DNA from: Bigelowiella natans CCMP2755
Lineage: Eukaryota; Protista; Cercozoa
DNA length: 64,000 nt
NCBI GenBank assembly: GCA_000320545.1
Contig: ADNK01000765.1
Location: forward strand, 1-64,000
Direction: 5' to 3'
A program made the position numbers and the translations under genes. The notes beneath the pieces were generated by a model. The model saw only the letters and a list, made by a program, of their open reading frames with translations, had not been told where the DNA came from and searched no databases. Shown here piece by piece: positions 1-14,082 of this stretch; the stretch's first letter is position 1; every line of letters begins with the position of its first letter.

Positions 1-420
1 GGGAGGAGGGGGGGGGGTGGGGGCTTGTTTTTAGATTCCCCCCCCCCCCCCCCCCCTTTTTGTTCCCGTTGGACGGGGGGTGTTTTTTTGGAAATCCTTT
101 TTTTGTTTGCAAGCCAAAAACGCCCGGGGCCCCTTTCCCCCCCCAGGGGGAAAAGTTTTTTTTATTGTTATTAGGGTTATTAGGGGGGGGGGGGGGGGGG
201 GGGGGATTTTTTTTGGGTGGGGGGGGGGAATGTTAAATTTTGGGGGGAAAAAATTGGCCCGTGTTTTTCCATCCAAAGGCGAAAGTTTTTGGCAAGAAAA
301 CCCCCCCCCATTTGGAATATTTTGGTTTGTTTAAAAAAACAATGGTGGTCGGGGGGGGATTCCCCCGCCCCCCCCTTTTGGGTGTTTACTTTTCTTTCCT
401 TACTACCCCCCCCCCCCCCC
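1..420. other. Homopolymer-dominated low-quality sequence, probably a contig-end or read artefact
   Basis: Almost entirely runs of G, T, C and A, unlike the rest of the window. Confidence 0.6.
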
Positions 421-459
421 CCCTCTCTCACTCTCTCTCTCTTCTTTTCTATTCTGCCC

Positions 460-1040
460 CACAGGAATGCATGTATGAGGTTGCTACGAAGGAAAGCGTC
501 CATTTGAGAATGCTCAAGGTGTGTGGATTGCACTGTTCCATCACTATGTATGGATATATGAATGACCCCGTTGCTGTCATCATCGTTTTCGTCGTCGTCA
601 TCATTATCCCCACCACCACCACCACCATCATCATCACCATCATCCTCTTGACCTAGTTGTATTGCCATTGACAACTACCTCCAGGAACAAAATCGTGCCA
701 AGGAGAAAAAGTCGAAACCTCTTCCTCGAGCCAGTTTCAATCGCGGATCTTCGCATAACCTCCGTAATGCTGCTGCTGCTGCTGCTGCTGCTACTACTAC
801 TAAATATTACTGTATACAACTAAATACTCCTACTACAGCTCACTGCCCCCACATGTATCTCGTACAACTGAATCATGAATGGGAAGTCTTTTCGGCAAAA
901 AATGATTTCTAAGTGGTCGTTTGGCATCACCTTTGGTTGGAATCAATTTGTTGTTTGGGTTGGGGTCGCTCGCATCCCCCCCCCCCGTCTTGCTCCCCTT
1001 CCTTTTTGCCCCCGTGAATGATGGCGATGATGGCGCCGGG
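460..1040 (-). CDS. Possible exons of an unidentified gene running off the left end
   Basis: Non-repetitive blocks at about 470-575, 660-770 and 840-1035, separated by microsatellite introns. No recognisable domain. Confidence 0.3.
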
Positions 1041-1718
1041 TGAATCAACCATCCACCGTTCCGCCAGCGTCGTCGAGAATTCATTCGCGGTTCTTGTCTC
1101 CCACCGCCACCTCCTCCTCCTCTCCGAAGCCGAAGAATAAGCCTAAGTTTGGCTTCACCTCTCACTCGGTGAAGTTGCGCCCTAAGAAAACCCGCCCATC
1201 AACACAACACGTGTGGAAAGGGGCGTTTGACGCAGAGCTGCAGTTCTATCAGCAGCAGCCGAGAGAGAGGAAAGGAACCCCCTTTGCCGAGACAAAGCTG
1301 TTCGTTAGTCCTCACGGCCTCTCTAAGAGCGTGAAGGAGGGTTACTTTTCCCCAAAGAACTCGTCAACGCCCACCCGCACGCGGGGCCAGGCGACGGTGT
1401 GGGGGGCGGGGAGCAGTGGTGGTGGTAACGGAGGAGGAGGAGGAGGCGGGGGGGGGGGGGGGGGGAGGCAAAGAAGAGGACGGAGAATGAGGAAAAAGGA
1501 GACGGTTGGTAGCCACAGCCGTCCAAAACTGCAGCAGCGCTATCACGTGCATAGAGCGCTGATTTGCCGACTCCCTACAATCTTCATTATCATTCCCTCC
1601 CGTCGTCGTCGTCGTTGTCGCCCTCTTATAATGCCCACAAATCACCCAATTGTGTGTGTGTGTGTGTTTCTTTGTGGTTGCTTTCTTCCTTGCTTCCCTA
1701 CTATTCTCAGTCGGCAAC

Positions 1719-1862
1719 ATGGCGAAGCGCGGATCTAGGATGCGAACGGCAAACCCCAATCTCAGTCAGTGTGTGTATGCGTGTGCGTGTGTGTGGTGTG
1801 TGCTTCTTTCGTGCTGTTGTTTGGGCCTATAATTGTGCTCACGCTCCCACCCTCTCTTTTTC

Positions 1863-1920
<58 letters not shown>

Positions 1921-3459
1921 TATGTGTGTGTCGCACTGGTTATTTTATAATCTGTGTTGGTGGTAGAAAAGATAGATACAACTCTTTCTGGCTGTCCTCC
2001 TGCTGCTTTGTTATGCACTTATGCACTTTTTGATGATGAGCTGCTTTGTGCTACCCCTACTTCTGCTACGCCTAGACCAAATTGAAATGAAGGTCGAAAA
2101 TGCATCATTGTCCAGCCTCGTCAGCAAGATTCGAAAGGATGGACTCGAATGGTAGCTATAGTTGTGGCGTAATGATAGTTGTGTTAATAGTTGTAGAAAG
2201 AGCAGCAGCAGTAGTAGTAGTAGTTGTAGTAGTAGTTGTTGTTGTTATAGTATGGCAGTAGTCATAATCATTGTGTGGTCGTCGTGATTAAGCACGTCAG
2301 CTCCAAACGAATAAAAATCCCGAAACACACACGTAAATATTAATGCACGCGCGCGCGTGTGTGTGTGCCGGTGCTCGTGTTCGGCGACAGGCAAAATTCC
2401 CTCCCCGAACTCAAAGAGGGCTCTAGTGACACTTATCAGCTCATCAAGGAGGACTCGCTTGAGAAACGGGTCGGTCGGTTAGCTAGTCTCTTTTCTCTAG
2501 ATCAGTGCTGCATCGTCTTCATGTAATCGCCACCACTGTTGTCTTCTTTGTCTTCTTCTTCTTCTTCTTCTTCTTCTTCTTCTTCTTGTCGTGGTCGTGG
2601 CGCCGTGGCGATGCTGACAACACGTTTCTGTTGTGTTGTGTTGTGTCGTGTTGCGTGTGTGTGTGTGAAAAGGGCGAGAACAACACCAAGTTCAAGCCAC
2701 GGCTCTTCAGACTGGTAGTAGCTTTCACATCTCCATCATCACAAGTGTCCATGCATAATAGCCCCAGCACGCCAACGTGTGCTGCCTCGAAGTTGTCGCG
2801 CCCACTGTATCACATTTACGTTCACATTGGTTGAATAAGCACGGGGAAAGATATATCGGCATGCTGCTTGCTGACTTCTATTTAGCTATCTCGCCAACCT
2901 ACACCTTCTCTGCACGATAACGATAATATTTCTTCCTTCTGTTCTGTAGGTTCAGGTCAAGGACGACTACTTCCTCAAATATTACGAGGAGCAGAAGAAA
3001 GGCGAGCGGTGGAGAGGTACGGAGAACCCACAGGGAAGGAGGAAGGGGGGGTTGAGAGGGATAAACGTGGTGCTAACGAGCAGCTTTATGCACTTTAAGT
3101 GATTTGCGGCCTCTTTTTATTTCTTGATTCACCACCCCATTTCCTCATGATTTTGGCTTTGGTATTTTGATCGATGATATATCTACCATTATTCCCAGGG
3201 GACATCCTCCTTTCCGCGAAGGGGGTAAGTAAATAAACAGCACAGCCCACGTGCATGCAGCCCTCCAGTTTTCATCATCATCATCATCATAACTATTGTC
3301 GTAAGCGATGTAGCCATATGTATAACATTGTGCCTTTTAACAAACCAAAGGTATCTGTGGAATTGGGAGAACGCCATGAACAAAAGCAAGGTGCTGAAGA
3401 AACTGTCGTTGCTTATTGAGTGGTGGGGGGGGGGGAGGGGGGGGTCCACGGCGTTGGTC

Positions 3460-3501
<42 letters not shown>

Positions 3502-4710
3502 ATTTCTACCCAATCTCTGGATATCGATGATGAATCGGCCGTTTATTTTAACAGAATTTATTCTGAAGACTGCCAACAGAGACTACCATCTCAGGGCAAT
3601 GAGGTGGGGCCTTCTGTTGCATTGTTTATTTACGTTACATTGCGACTGCACTCCGCCAAAAAAAATAGCGGTGTTCTCTGAGTGGGTGCGAGCCGATGAA
3701 ATGATACAATCACTGCTTAAAGTTGGTCTTGATTTAGTTCCAGCTTCTTTTTCAGTTTGAGAGGAGACCGTATCTTATTCCTAATCCCTTACTCGCAATA
3801 TCTTTCTCCCCCACCATCCCCCCCATAGACCTAAAATCGCGAGGGAGTGGGTCAAGGTACTAGCGTAAGAGAGAATAGAGTATTCCTATAGAAGAATCAT
3901 TGTGAAGGCGAGCAGAAATGAATTCCTACCTTCATTTACCTCCAGCTGTGTAGTTACCTGGGGATATCTCCTTTCATGTTGGTTTCGTTAATGCCACAAC
4001 TGCGCCTATTGATATCTTTCCCCCTGTCGTCGTCGTCGTCGTCGTTGTTGGTGTATTCCTTTTGTCCACAGGCCATCAACGAGCGTCTGGAAGCTTTCAC
4101 TCCGAAATCTTTCTTGAAGCAGAAGCAAGTACTCGGTTCCATCTCCCAGGTCAGTCCTGCTCGTTCAGAAAACTAAATTTGTGAAAGAATAGTCAACAAG
4201 CACGCACGAGGGGGGGGGGGGGGAGGTACGTGGTCATAGTAGTGCTTGTTGCAGTAGTGGCGCTTTTGCGTGGCCTCAGAGTGATAGGTCTCTTTTTGAC
4301 ATCTCCCTTTCCCCCCGCCTTTCGTACGTGTGCGTGATGTTTGCTGGCGATAGATGGTTGAATTTGTCCGAGAAAAGAGTCGGGACGACGAGAAAGGCAA
4401 GGATTGTGATTAGAAACGAGAATGACGTTATTGGGCATTTGACGATGAAAGATTGTATCTCCAAATTATCGATTAGTGCAACACAAATCCACTCTTTGTA
4501 TATGCCCGCCCCCCCCCCCTTCTAATTTTCGCTGCTTACCTAATGGTCTCATCGATTTGGTACTGCTCAGATTTTCCTGATATAGGCATCTCAAGTAGCA
4601 GCTTAGCGTCCTTAGATGAAGAGGACTACGTCGATACTTCATCAACCGACTACGGGTATGGTAATGGTGGCAATGTGTATACAACCACGATGCCTGCTGA
4701 ATGAATGTTG

Positions 4711-4744
<34 letters not shown>

Positions 4745-7085
4745 CGATGTGTGATGAATGAGAGCAGCAAGGGTATTTTTTTGGTTAGAAGACATCAACC
4801 GCCTTACAATATCATTCGATTATAGCACTGGTCTTCCCACGATATCCATCCATTCATCCCATCCACCAATGCATTGTCATCATCATCATCATCATCATCA
4901 TCGTCGTCGTCGTCGTCGTCGTCATCGTCATCTCATCATCAGGTTTGAGATGAACCGTTACTATCCTATAATCCATTCTCTCTCCATTATCACCGGCGAG
5001 GTTCGTACTTTGAGAAAGAAGAAGAAGGAAGAAGAAGGCATTCCTCCCCATGTCTACCGGAAACCAACCATTTCTCGGCACACCATCGATTAGTAGACGG
5101 CAAACATCATGACACTACTTCCTTTCATACTACTGCTCAGAAACCGAGCTCTGGGCCGAAGAATAGCGGGCTGTACACAGGCTTCGATCTTGAAAACACG
5201 CCAGATAAGCTTTATATGGATGGCAGTAAGGTGATTCTGCTGCTGCTATTCCTGGGGGAGGGTGGTGATGAAGCCCCTGTCTATTATCATTGTCAATTTT
5301 ATCGTCATCATTCAACCGATCCATCGACCCCTATGCTACTGCTGCTGCTGCTGCTTGAACAGATCCGGGCGGCGACTTTGGAGAAATGCGTGATGAAAGC
5401 TACCGCAGACGTAATAACAAAAGTAGTAGCTGTTAGAGAGAAGGTTACTGGCAGATGCATATACACACTACTGCGGCTGTTCTTTCAAGCTAATTGTAGG
5501 AGAGTATAATGGGTGAGAGCTGACAAATCTCGCAATGGTGTGTTGTATTAGGGAATTAACGAAACTCAAGTTGAAATGGTAATAATGCAGTAAGTGGTGG
5601 TAGCTGCTGATGCTGCATTTTGTGCCGTTGCCATCGCAAACAGGGCATGAATCGCAAACATAGCGGCGGCGCTGTTGCTTCTGGATGATGAAAAAAGAGA
5701 ACTCATTACTATTGATGATGAATGATGTTGAGTATGTCCGTTTGTGACGTATCTCGCTCTCTCTCCTTCCTGTTTTGTTGTTTCTCCTCCTTCTTCCAAA
5801 GATCTTGACGAATTTCCCCATCTCTACAACCCAAATGGAGCTCTTAAAGGTGTGTGATCCACCCCCCTCCGTATATTCCTATTATTACTATTATTGTCAT
5901 TATTATTATTGTTATTATTATTAGTATTATCATATCCGTCTCTACGCCATCATCATTATCACTATCATTACCACCATCATCACTGCCATCGCCATTGCTT
6001 TTCTTCTCTGATCGTTTTTCGCAGGCGTTGATAAAGAGATATTGCGTCCCAACTCCACTCAATCTCACTTCTGAGGTCAATTCGATATTCATGAGGGGGG
6101 GGGGAGAGCCTCTGTGTATGGATGGGTGATTGCCTATGTCACGATCGGGAAGGGGGGGGGGGGGGGGGACAAGGATAGGTATATTATAGCTGCATCAGGG
6201 AAAGGGGAGGCGGGGGGGGGGAGGGCTATCAAAAGGAAAATGTTACGACGACACGACAGCATGCCAGCATGCCAGCACGCACTGAACACATAACATACCA
6301 GCCCTTCTCCTCTTGATCTTCCGTTGACTGCACTGCTGCTGCTACTCACTTGAACAGGAGCTTGAAGACGTGAAGAAAACCATGGCTCAGATCAGAATAG
6401 CAGTCCTCCTCTTCATCAACATATGGGTACTACTACTCCCATCCATAATCAGAATTGTCATTAGCGCCATCAAGCCTCCTCCTCCTCCTCCTCATCCTCC
6501 TCATCATCATCATCATTATCACCATCAGCATCGCTATTCCAGTCTTGCATATACGAAAACTGTACTAATCCCCTTTCGCCCTTGATCAGCTCCGAACCCA
6601 TTCCTCCGACTTCACGACCGACACAGCGAGCCTGAAGAAGCATACCTCGGCCTTCCTCAACGCAGTCATGAACGCGGCCCTCTCGCCGTCCGAAGTCGAG
6701 ATCGCAGATCAAAACCTTACGTATCTGCACAACATCAATGCGTCGGTGGTCAAGCGCCTCCACTCCATCGAGGTTTGGAAGAATCATGTTAAGAGACGGC
6801 GGCGATTATGATTATGATGATGATAATGATGATGATGATCATGATGAGGAGGAACAAAAATTGGTCCCACAGCATCCCTGTTACGACAAGCAGTCGCTCC
6901 AGGAGGAGCAAGGGGTTGTTCGAAATGTGCTAATGCGAGCTGCTTTCTCGCTTGCTTGATATTGTCGTGTGTGCTAGCAATCAATTATTTGCTGAGCATG
7001 ATGATTGTGACTGTGGCTTTGTTCTTCTTGCTTCTCCAGGAACTCGAATCTGCAGGATCTGGTGTCCCCGAGAAGAGGGTAGAGT

Positions 7086-7122
<37 letters not shown>

Positions 7123-7363
7123 CAGCAGAAAAAATCAGCAGCAGCAGCAGTAGTCGCATCACGAGAACTTTGCACAGCATCCCCCCCCCCCCCCACCACC
7201 ATCATCAGTTGCCAGACTAGATACTTCCTCACCATTCGAACGCTATTCTCCTCCTCCTCCTCCTCCTCCTCCCTCTCCCCGCAATAATTAGTTTGAGAAG
7301 GTTAAGCCGACCGAGTTTGCGGAGCAAGTCACTCTCCTCCACTTCGCCATGTAATACGAGGCA

Positions 7364-7396
<33 letters not shown>

Positions 7397-7551
7397 CAGC
7401 AGCGATAAGATGATACTTTTCGATAGATAACCGTGTTTTGGTAATGAGCTGCCCATGATATCCTGATATAATGACCTTGGCCACGAGTACTTGGTGATGT
7501 GATGAGAGTACTCAAGTATTTGTGCGGCGACGATGATTATGCTACCCTTTG

Positions 7552-7588
<37 letters not shown>

Positions 7589-9506
7589 CCTCCCTCCCCC
7601 CCCTCTTCCTGTAATCACCCATTCATTCGCACGATATTTGTCTGTCTACCTGTAGATACCAATCGATTACGTCACGGGAGTTCCTGAAGACAGGATGGTC
7701 ATTAGATTATTATTCCTCTCATGCCCCTCTCCCCCTCCCCTGTATCTGGCATGATTTACTCTCGCCCTTAAAGAGTGCTTCAATCACCCTCGATCTCCGT
7801 GATTGTGTTGTGTCCAATCGCATGTTGGATGTTTCATCTCCCGCCGTATTGCATGATGTAGCGTTTCTCCTGAGCGATATGTTCGCGTTCCTTGCTTTCT
7901 TGTCGTCTTTTGATCCCCTCCCCTCCTGCAAAGGTCGAAGGAGGATAAGCACAAGAGATCTCCATATATAGTCAAGGTGGGATGTTCACTCTAAGAGTAT
8001 CTCCCTCCTCCTCCTCTTTATTTCTCTCTCTGTGTGTGTTCTGCCTCCCCTCTCTCTCTTTCAGTCTCTCTTGCTTCTTCGTGAGTAAACTGATCTAACT
8101 TCGTCAATGATGTTCTCCTCCTCATCCTCCTCTCTCCAATCGTTGTTACTGGCCGTTTCTTCATTCATTCATCGTATGTGTTGCTGTTATGCAGATGACG
8201 GAGCATTTCATCGCATTATCTCACTTCGTCCAGAAGGTAGCAGCATCAGCAGCATAGCAGTAGGAGAATCGATACCAACAGCGGTGTTAGCAGCAGCAGG
8301 AAGGCGGAATGGTGGGGAGAAGAAGAAGTCGAAGTCGTGGTCATTTTACTCTTGGGTTCCACTGAGACTATAAATCACTCTCTTTCATCATCTGCAACCA
8401 AACGACGAAGAGTATACCAGCTATGGTACTTAACTTATTTGGATGTAAAAATGATAGCTTCTCTCTCTTTCTCCTCCCCTACTCCTCCCTCCCCCGCGCC
8501 AGACGATATGTGAGGAGAGCGACGTTCGGAGACGAGCGGCTTCAATGACCAAGTGGTTGGAAATCGGAGAGGTTCTAATAGCAACAACAACCACAATGCG
8601 AAGAAATTAAGTAGCACATGGAGGCATATGAGTGGTGACAGATCCATCGTTCTCAAAAATGAATGAATATGTCTGATGATGGCTTCTGGTGGTGCTGCTG
8701 CTTCTGCCTAAATTTTTGGCACTGGTTACGCGAAATGATGATGACAAACAATGCCGCCGATGAACGAGGGCAATGATGTAGTGATGATGATGATGATGAT
8801 GATGGTGGTGGTGATAATGGTGGTGATGATGATTCTTGACCCAGGCGTGCTTCGAGATGCAAAACTACCACGCAGCTGGGGCTATTCACGCAGGTGAGAT
8901 CAGATGACAGGAGGCATCCATGATGAGGGTGATGATGGTTGGTGTAACTACTACTACTACTACTACTACTACTACGACTACTACAATGACACGTGGGCCT
9001 TTGTGTGTGCGAATCCGTGCTTCACAGGCCTTTCTTCAAATGCTGTGCATCGAATGAAAAAGGTAGCTGCAATAACATAAGTAGTAATTATGAGGAGAAG
9101 AATAACATTTATTCACAAAAAAGTCACGAGTGCATGAGTGAAGCGTGGGGGAGGGGGACATGGCGGCCTTACGTATGCATTTTCCCCACAACAGACCAAG
9201 GAACAAGTAGGGAAGAAATTGAAAATCTTCGAGAAATTGGAGAAAATCACCTCGGTGAGTGCGTGATGGAGCGAGATTGCGTGAGCGCATTACTTAGCTG
9301 CATGGGTTTGGCGTGTATTGGTTATGCTGTGATTGATGAAGAGCACAACTCTACACCACACGATCCACCTAATGGCTGTTCTCATTGTCGTTGTTCCATG
9401 CATCATCATCGTTTAATCACGCGGTCTCCCTTCCACCGATGTGTTCAGCGGAAAGGCAACTCTAAGGACTATAGGGAGCTGCTCGAAAAGGTATATTAGT
9501 TGATGT

Positions 9507-9545
<39 letters not shown>

Positions 9546-11050
9546 CTCTCTCTCTCTCGCTCGCACTCTTCTGTCTCCCTTCTCACTTCTTACTAGTCTT
9601 TGATTAGCATGGTCTGCACCGTCATAACATGCCACTTACTTGCTAATCCTATTCTTTCTCCCCTCCTCCTCCTCCTCCTCCTCCTCCTCCTCCTCCTCTC
9701 CCCAACCAGGCATTCTCATCATGTGTCCCGTTCCTGCCTACGTTCTGTGGCTTTTTGGAGAAGGTTTGTGTGTGTATAGTGTCGCCGTCTCTCTTCCTTC
9801 TCTCGTGCGTAGAACTGGTTGCGACGTGCTAGTGCGCGAATAACCCTTACCTTCAAGCGCTTCCCCCCCCCCCCCGCCCCCACACACACACTCGCGCCAT
9901 TGGTGTACTCATTGTTCTGCTACCTGCTGCTTGACGATGAATCTGTGATGGAAACAGACGGAGACCGCTCATGAGTCGCAGCTGTTCGGTAAGAGAACAA
10001 TAGAGTGATGATATCTCGACCACAACGACGACGTGTGTTTGTGGTGCCTAATGATGATGCCGCGAGCCCGATGATGCATGGGAACAAGGAGAGAATTCGG
10101 CAAGCGAAAAAATAGTCGACTATCACAACACATTGCATTGCTCGAGCGACAAAGTTGTAGAGCTATGGTGATGCCCAGCAAACCCCAGAGTGCACATCGA
10201 TGTCCATTTCTCATGAAAGGAGAAGACGATGATGATAATGATGATGGTGATGATGATGATGATTGATCATATATGCTTTTACCTATACAGGTACAATAAA
10301 CTGGAACAAGCACCAGTGTAGATCGGACACCATCATTAGAGTTCTAAGATTTCAGGTACTAAGTACGCTATGTTATGAGGGACATTCTTTGCCGCTATTC
10401 TTTTCTGCCCTCTCCATTTTTCGGTGTGCATGAAATCGAAGGGAAAATAATCTCTCCCCTTTCCCCCACCCTATCCACAGACGCAGGAGATGCAATACCG
10501 GAAAATAGATGTAGATCCGCCAGTGCAGAGCTTGCTCGCTAAGGTTGTTATTATACCTCCTCTTCTCCAGCTGCTAGAGTTAGCTGGTGGATCTTGCTAC
10601 ATATCATGCAACTGAATAAACGTCGTTTGAAGATGCGTCGCCCTAAGCTTACGACATCTTGCACCATTCGCGAAGGAGATTTCCTGATGAAATAAGATCT
10701 AAAATCTTTCGCCTAGTCCCCCCTTTACCCACAATGCAGTCTGTAGGGAGTTGTACAACTCCTCGGCAAATGGCGGATGAGAAAGAATTCATGATATTTC
10801 TTTTTGTTTCAAATCGGTCGCCATGCCACTTTTGCTCAAACATCCCCTCTCCCCTCCACAAAGGTTATCCAAGTGATGGACAAGGATGAGGAAAAGGAAT
10901 TCATAGACAGGTCTTATCCTTCCCATTTTCAAGCACACGCACGAACAATCAACCGTGAACCAGTTGCTGAGATTTCGTTTCTTATCTCTTTTGACTAGGA
11001 TGTGGAATCAATCGTTATTGAATGAGCCTCGTGATCCGGCTCCGCAGTGA
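1719..11050 (+). CDS. Multi-exon PH domain + REM + RasGEF (CDC25-type) guanine nucleotide exchange factor
   Basis: Spliced exons give a PH domain (KRGENNTKFKPRLFRL..YFLKYYE..GDILL..FILKTANRDYHLRA) and a REM region (IRAATLEKCV, IRIAVLLFINIW). RasGEF motifs: KPTEFAEQVTLLHF, ITSREFLKTGW, SPYIVKMTEHF, CFEMQNYHAAGAI, LSSNAVHRMK, NSKDYRELL, CVPFL, INWNKH, and terminal SLLNEPR. Confidence 0.88.
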
Positions 11051-11219
11051 GACCCCAACTACCTTCGTCTTGTGTGCGCACCGAAATAGTAAGCGAGTAG
11101 TAGCAGCCCAATTATACTCGTAGCAGCCCAATGAAATTCGTTACCAAAGTGTATTGTTATTATCACGATTCCAATCCATTCCACTCAGTACGTGACAATT
11201 GATCATCTGTACAGCGCAG

Positions 11220-11620
11220 ATTCAATGCGCACCACTATAGTTAGATTGCCAGCGCAGGTCGATCAAAGATACCACTGCACATGCTAGCATGTCTAGATGT
11301 GCTGATTTTAATTGCAATGCTGCTATGCGACACTGTGTTATACTATCGCACGCATCTACACATGCACGTTTTCTTGGAAGCATGGTAATAATGGATGCGC
11401 AGCTACAGCTAGACAGCATGCACAGTCATGCTAGCATGGTGATGAGTTATAGACCACAGCGCAACTTTGCATGTACGTGTGTGTAGACGTGAGCTGTAGT
11501 ACACTACGAGCACTTGAGCGTACACTTCGATGCATATGAGCCAGCCAGCAAGTGTCCTAGTCAACTAGCTAAACATGCATCGCTAGATCGATTGCATGCG
11601 TTACAGCCTCGCATCGAGTG
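11220..11620. repeat. Intergenic patch with TpA-conversion signature (rich in CATG, TGCA, CTAG)
   Basis: Lies between convergent gene ends and is dominated by gcatgc, ctag and tgca words. Confidence 0.55.
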
Positions 11621-11806
11621 TTCCAATTCGCAACAAATACTAGGCAGAATTCAGAATTTTTTCAGCTTTCACCAGCGAGTTCGTTTCCAGACTATCAGCC
11701 CAGCAAGCGAAATAAGGTATTATTCTATTCGCTTATTTTCAGCGTATTCGTTGAATAAGCAGCCGAGTCTTCAAGCAAGGCAGGAAAGCCATGGAACGCA
11801 CAGTCA

Positions 11807-12287
11807 TCAGACACCACCATTTACTTCTTGAATGGAAATCAAACCCTGAGGTTTGTATGGGTATGGTAGTTGTCCAAACGTGTTGTTACGAGCCTGATTG
11901 GTCCATGGAAATAGGTTGGGTAAGTAGTTAGGGGAGGCCTCAACAAATCAGCGTAAGCCATACACAACGAATGAATGAATTGTGCAAGCCCATCAAACAC
12001 TTGACCCCACCTTTACATGTAACTGTTCTTGAAGAATCTGAGCAATTTTGTCGATATCGGTTGGATGGCCATGCACGCACCTGATTTATACAGATTGAGA
12101 TGTTGACGGACGCGTTAACCAATACATCATCATCATCATCATCATCATCGTTATCATCATTATCAACTACAACTATCAGATTCTCTTTCATTATTTCTAC
12201 TACTACCCATCGCTGTTGGGCATTGGTTTATCCGGAGTCCACCCTGCCGTATGAATGACCGATCGTCGTTTTACGATGATGATGATT

Positions 12288-12319
<32 letters not shown>

Positions 12320-13793
12320 GGAGGTGATAGTGATGGTGATGGTGATGGTAGTGGAATGTTCTCGGATAGACAACAAGTGCATTTTATATTTGTTGTTATT
12401 TTTGGATGCAATAATAAGGCGACCTGCCCACTCCCCGGTGTGCACGAGCAGACCGTTCCTGATGTGGGGTACCAAAAAACCCAAATTTCCGTCGAGTCCC
12501 CTGAGGCAGTATTATTTTCTTCATTTGACCATCGAGTGACTTAGGAGGGGGGGTTAGAGCGGAACAGCTACAGCTTTATATTCACCGAACGAATCTGTTT
12601 ATTGGGTAAGGCCCGAAGTCCTTCACGTCATCTAATGCGGAAAGATCAAAGATATGTGTTCTTGTCGTTACGTCGAATTGATGTCGTTATGAATAGAAGG
12701 CTTTGAGGGAACCTCGGCCAAGAAAACAACACGGCTGATGATGCAAAAGTTCAGGTACCCTCAGGAGTGTTCAGATCGATTTCGGCTAGCCCAGTAGGGG
12801 TATCTCCTGCAATGAGTTATTCGCAAAGTAGAGGTCGTCATCCATCTACAAATAAATTTACTTTTCTGCTTGTGCAGATTGCTACCGTTTCTGGAGAACT
12901 GGTTTGGCGCGTAGCTTTTTCCGTGGAGGCGAACGCGAAACGTGTGCACTGGCTGCAGCACTGATTGGTCGTCCTTGCCGAAGAGGGTCGCGTTCACCTG
13001 TAGCAGGGCGGGCACAAAGGTCCCTGTTAGTGTTGTTTGTCAGGCGGTATATCTTTCGGCTGGACTTACTTCCTTGTCCCGATCCGAGAAAACGTCAATT
13101 GTAATCAAATAGCTATACCCGTCCGGAAGGGACGAAATGTGGCTGAATGAGGGGGTATGAAGAATGATCAGAAACTGGTAGCTAATTATTCTTTTCATCT
13201 TTCCCTTCCTTCTCCCTCCTCCTTCCTCTTCATTCTTCTAGGACAACAACTGTTGCTATCAACCTGTAATTATCTTTAGTGTGTAGGTCGAGGAGCAATT
13301 GAGCTGTGTCGACTCCCACGACTCCGTCGTCGGCGAGCCCGTTTCCAGATTGGAATTCTGATGATCCGATATTGTGCCTCAAATCACAGCGTTCAACATT
13401 TCGAAGTTTCCAACTATGCTAATTCCAAAAGGAGGGTAAAACTCACTGGTTGTAGCCAGCACAGATTCTTTGTCGAAGACTCCAGACGTGAAATTCACAT
13501 CCTATGTATTCACATTATGAGCGGGACAAAAGGGAAGCCTCAGAGTTGCCCAACTTTGTGAACGTGAGGCAGCAGATCCAAGAACAAGGGGAAGGAGTTG
13601 TGATGATTATTGTTTTCGTCAGACATGCCTTGGGAACGTAGGGGGATCTTCGAAGCAGGTTCTGAGCAATAACCACATCGTTTCCTGTATCGTTCTCTCT
13701 TAGTGTTCTTGTGAAGGGAAGTGGCATATCAGTTTCGCCGTTTCTATTTCCATGCGTAGCAGCGATTGGGAACAGGGCGAGCAGAAGCAACAT
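11807..13793 (-). CDS. Secreted protein: peptidoglycan-binding domain (PG_binding_1) + YkuD-like L,D-transpeptidase-fold domain, multi-exon
   Basis: Signal peptide MLLLLALFPIAATHG. PG-binding region RTLRENDTGNDVVIAQNLL..SGVFDKESVLA..FQSGNGLADDGVVGVDTAQLL. Then GDTPTG and LLVHTGEW..NSDGCVH, resembling the YkuD HxX(14-17)[ST]HGC motif. Ends PYPYKPQGLISIQEVNGGV*. Confidence 0.72.
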
Positions 13794-14082
13794 GGAAGTG
13801 GGGGAGAGAGTCTCCACTGGACGAGCTCTTCCGACTGCAGGCAAAATATTCACGTTAAAATCCAATGAATTTTCTTCTTGCGACATGTAAATTTCCTGTG
13901 ATATGTTAGGTTTTCCCATCCCATTCGGGGTAGGTGACAGACAGATAACTGGGGTTTTGTATACGACAACAAATATTTGTTGTCGCACGATCTAAATCCC
14001 ATTGAAAGGCTGGATAAATCACCAGAGCCATCAGCCATCTGCTATCCGCCATCCTTCCGGCAACACTGTGAGACTAGCAACC

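Noticed and set aside
31-656. Gly/Pro/Phe/Lys-rich ORFs at the window start
   Set aside because: They derive from homopolymer-rich, likely erroneous sequence.
1040-1738. 232-aa ORF upstream of the RasGEF gene
   Set aside because: Low complexity and no domain. It could be an extra 5' exon but this is unsupported.
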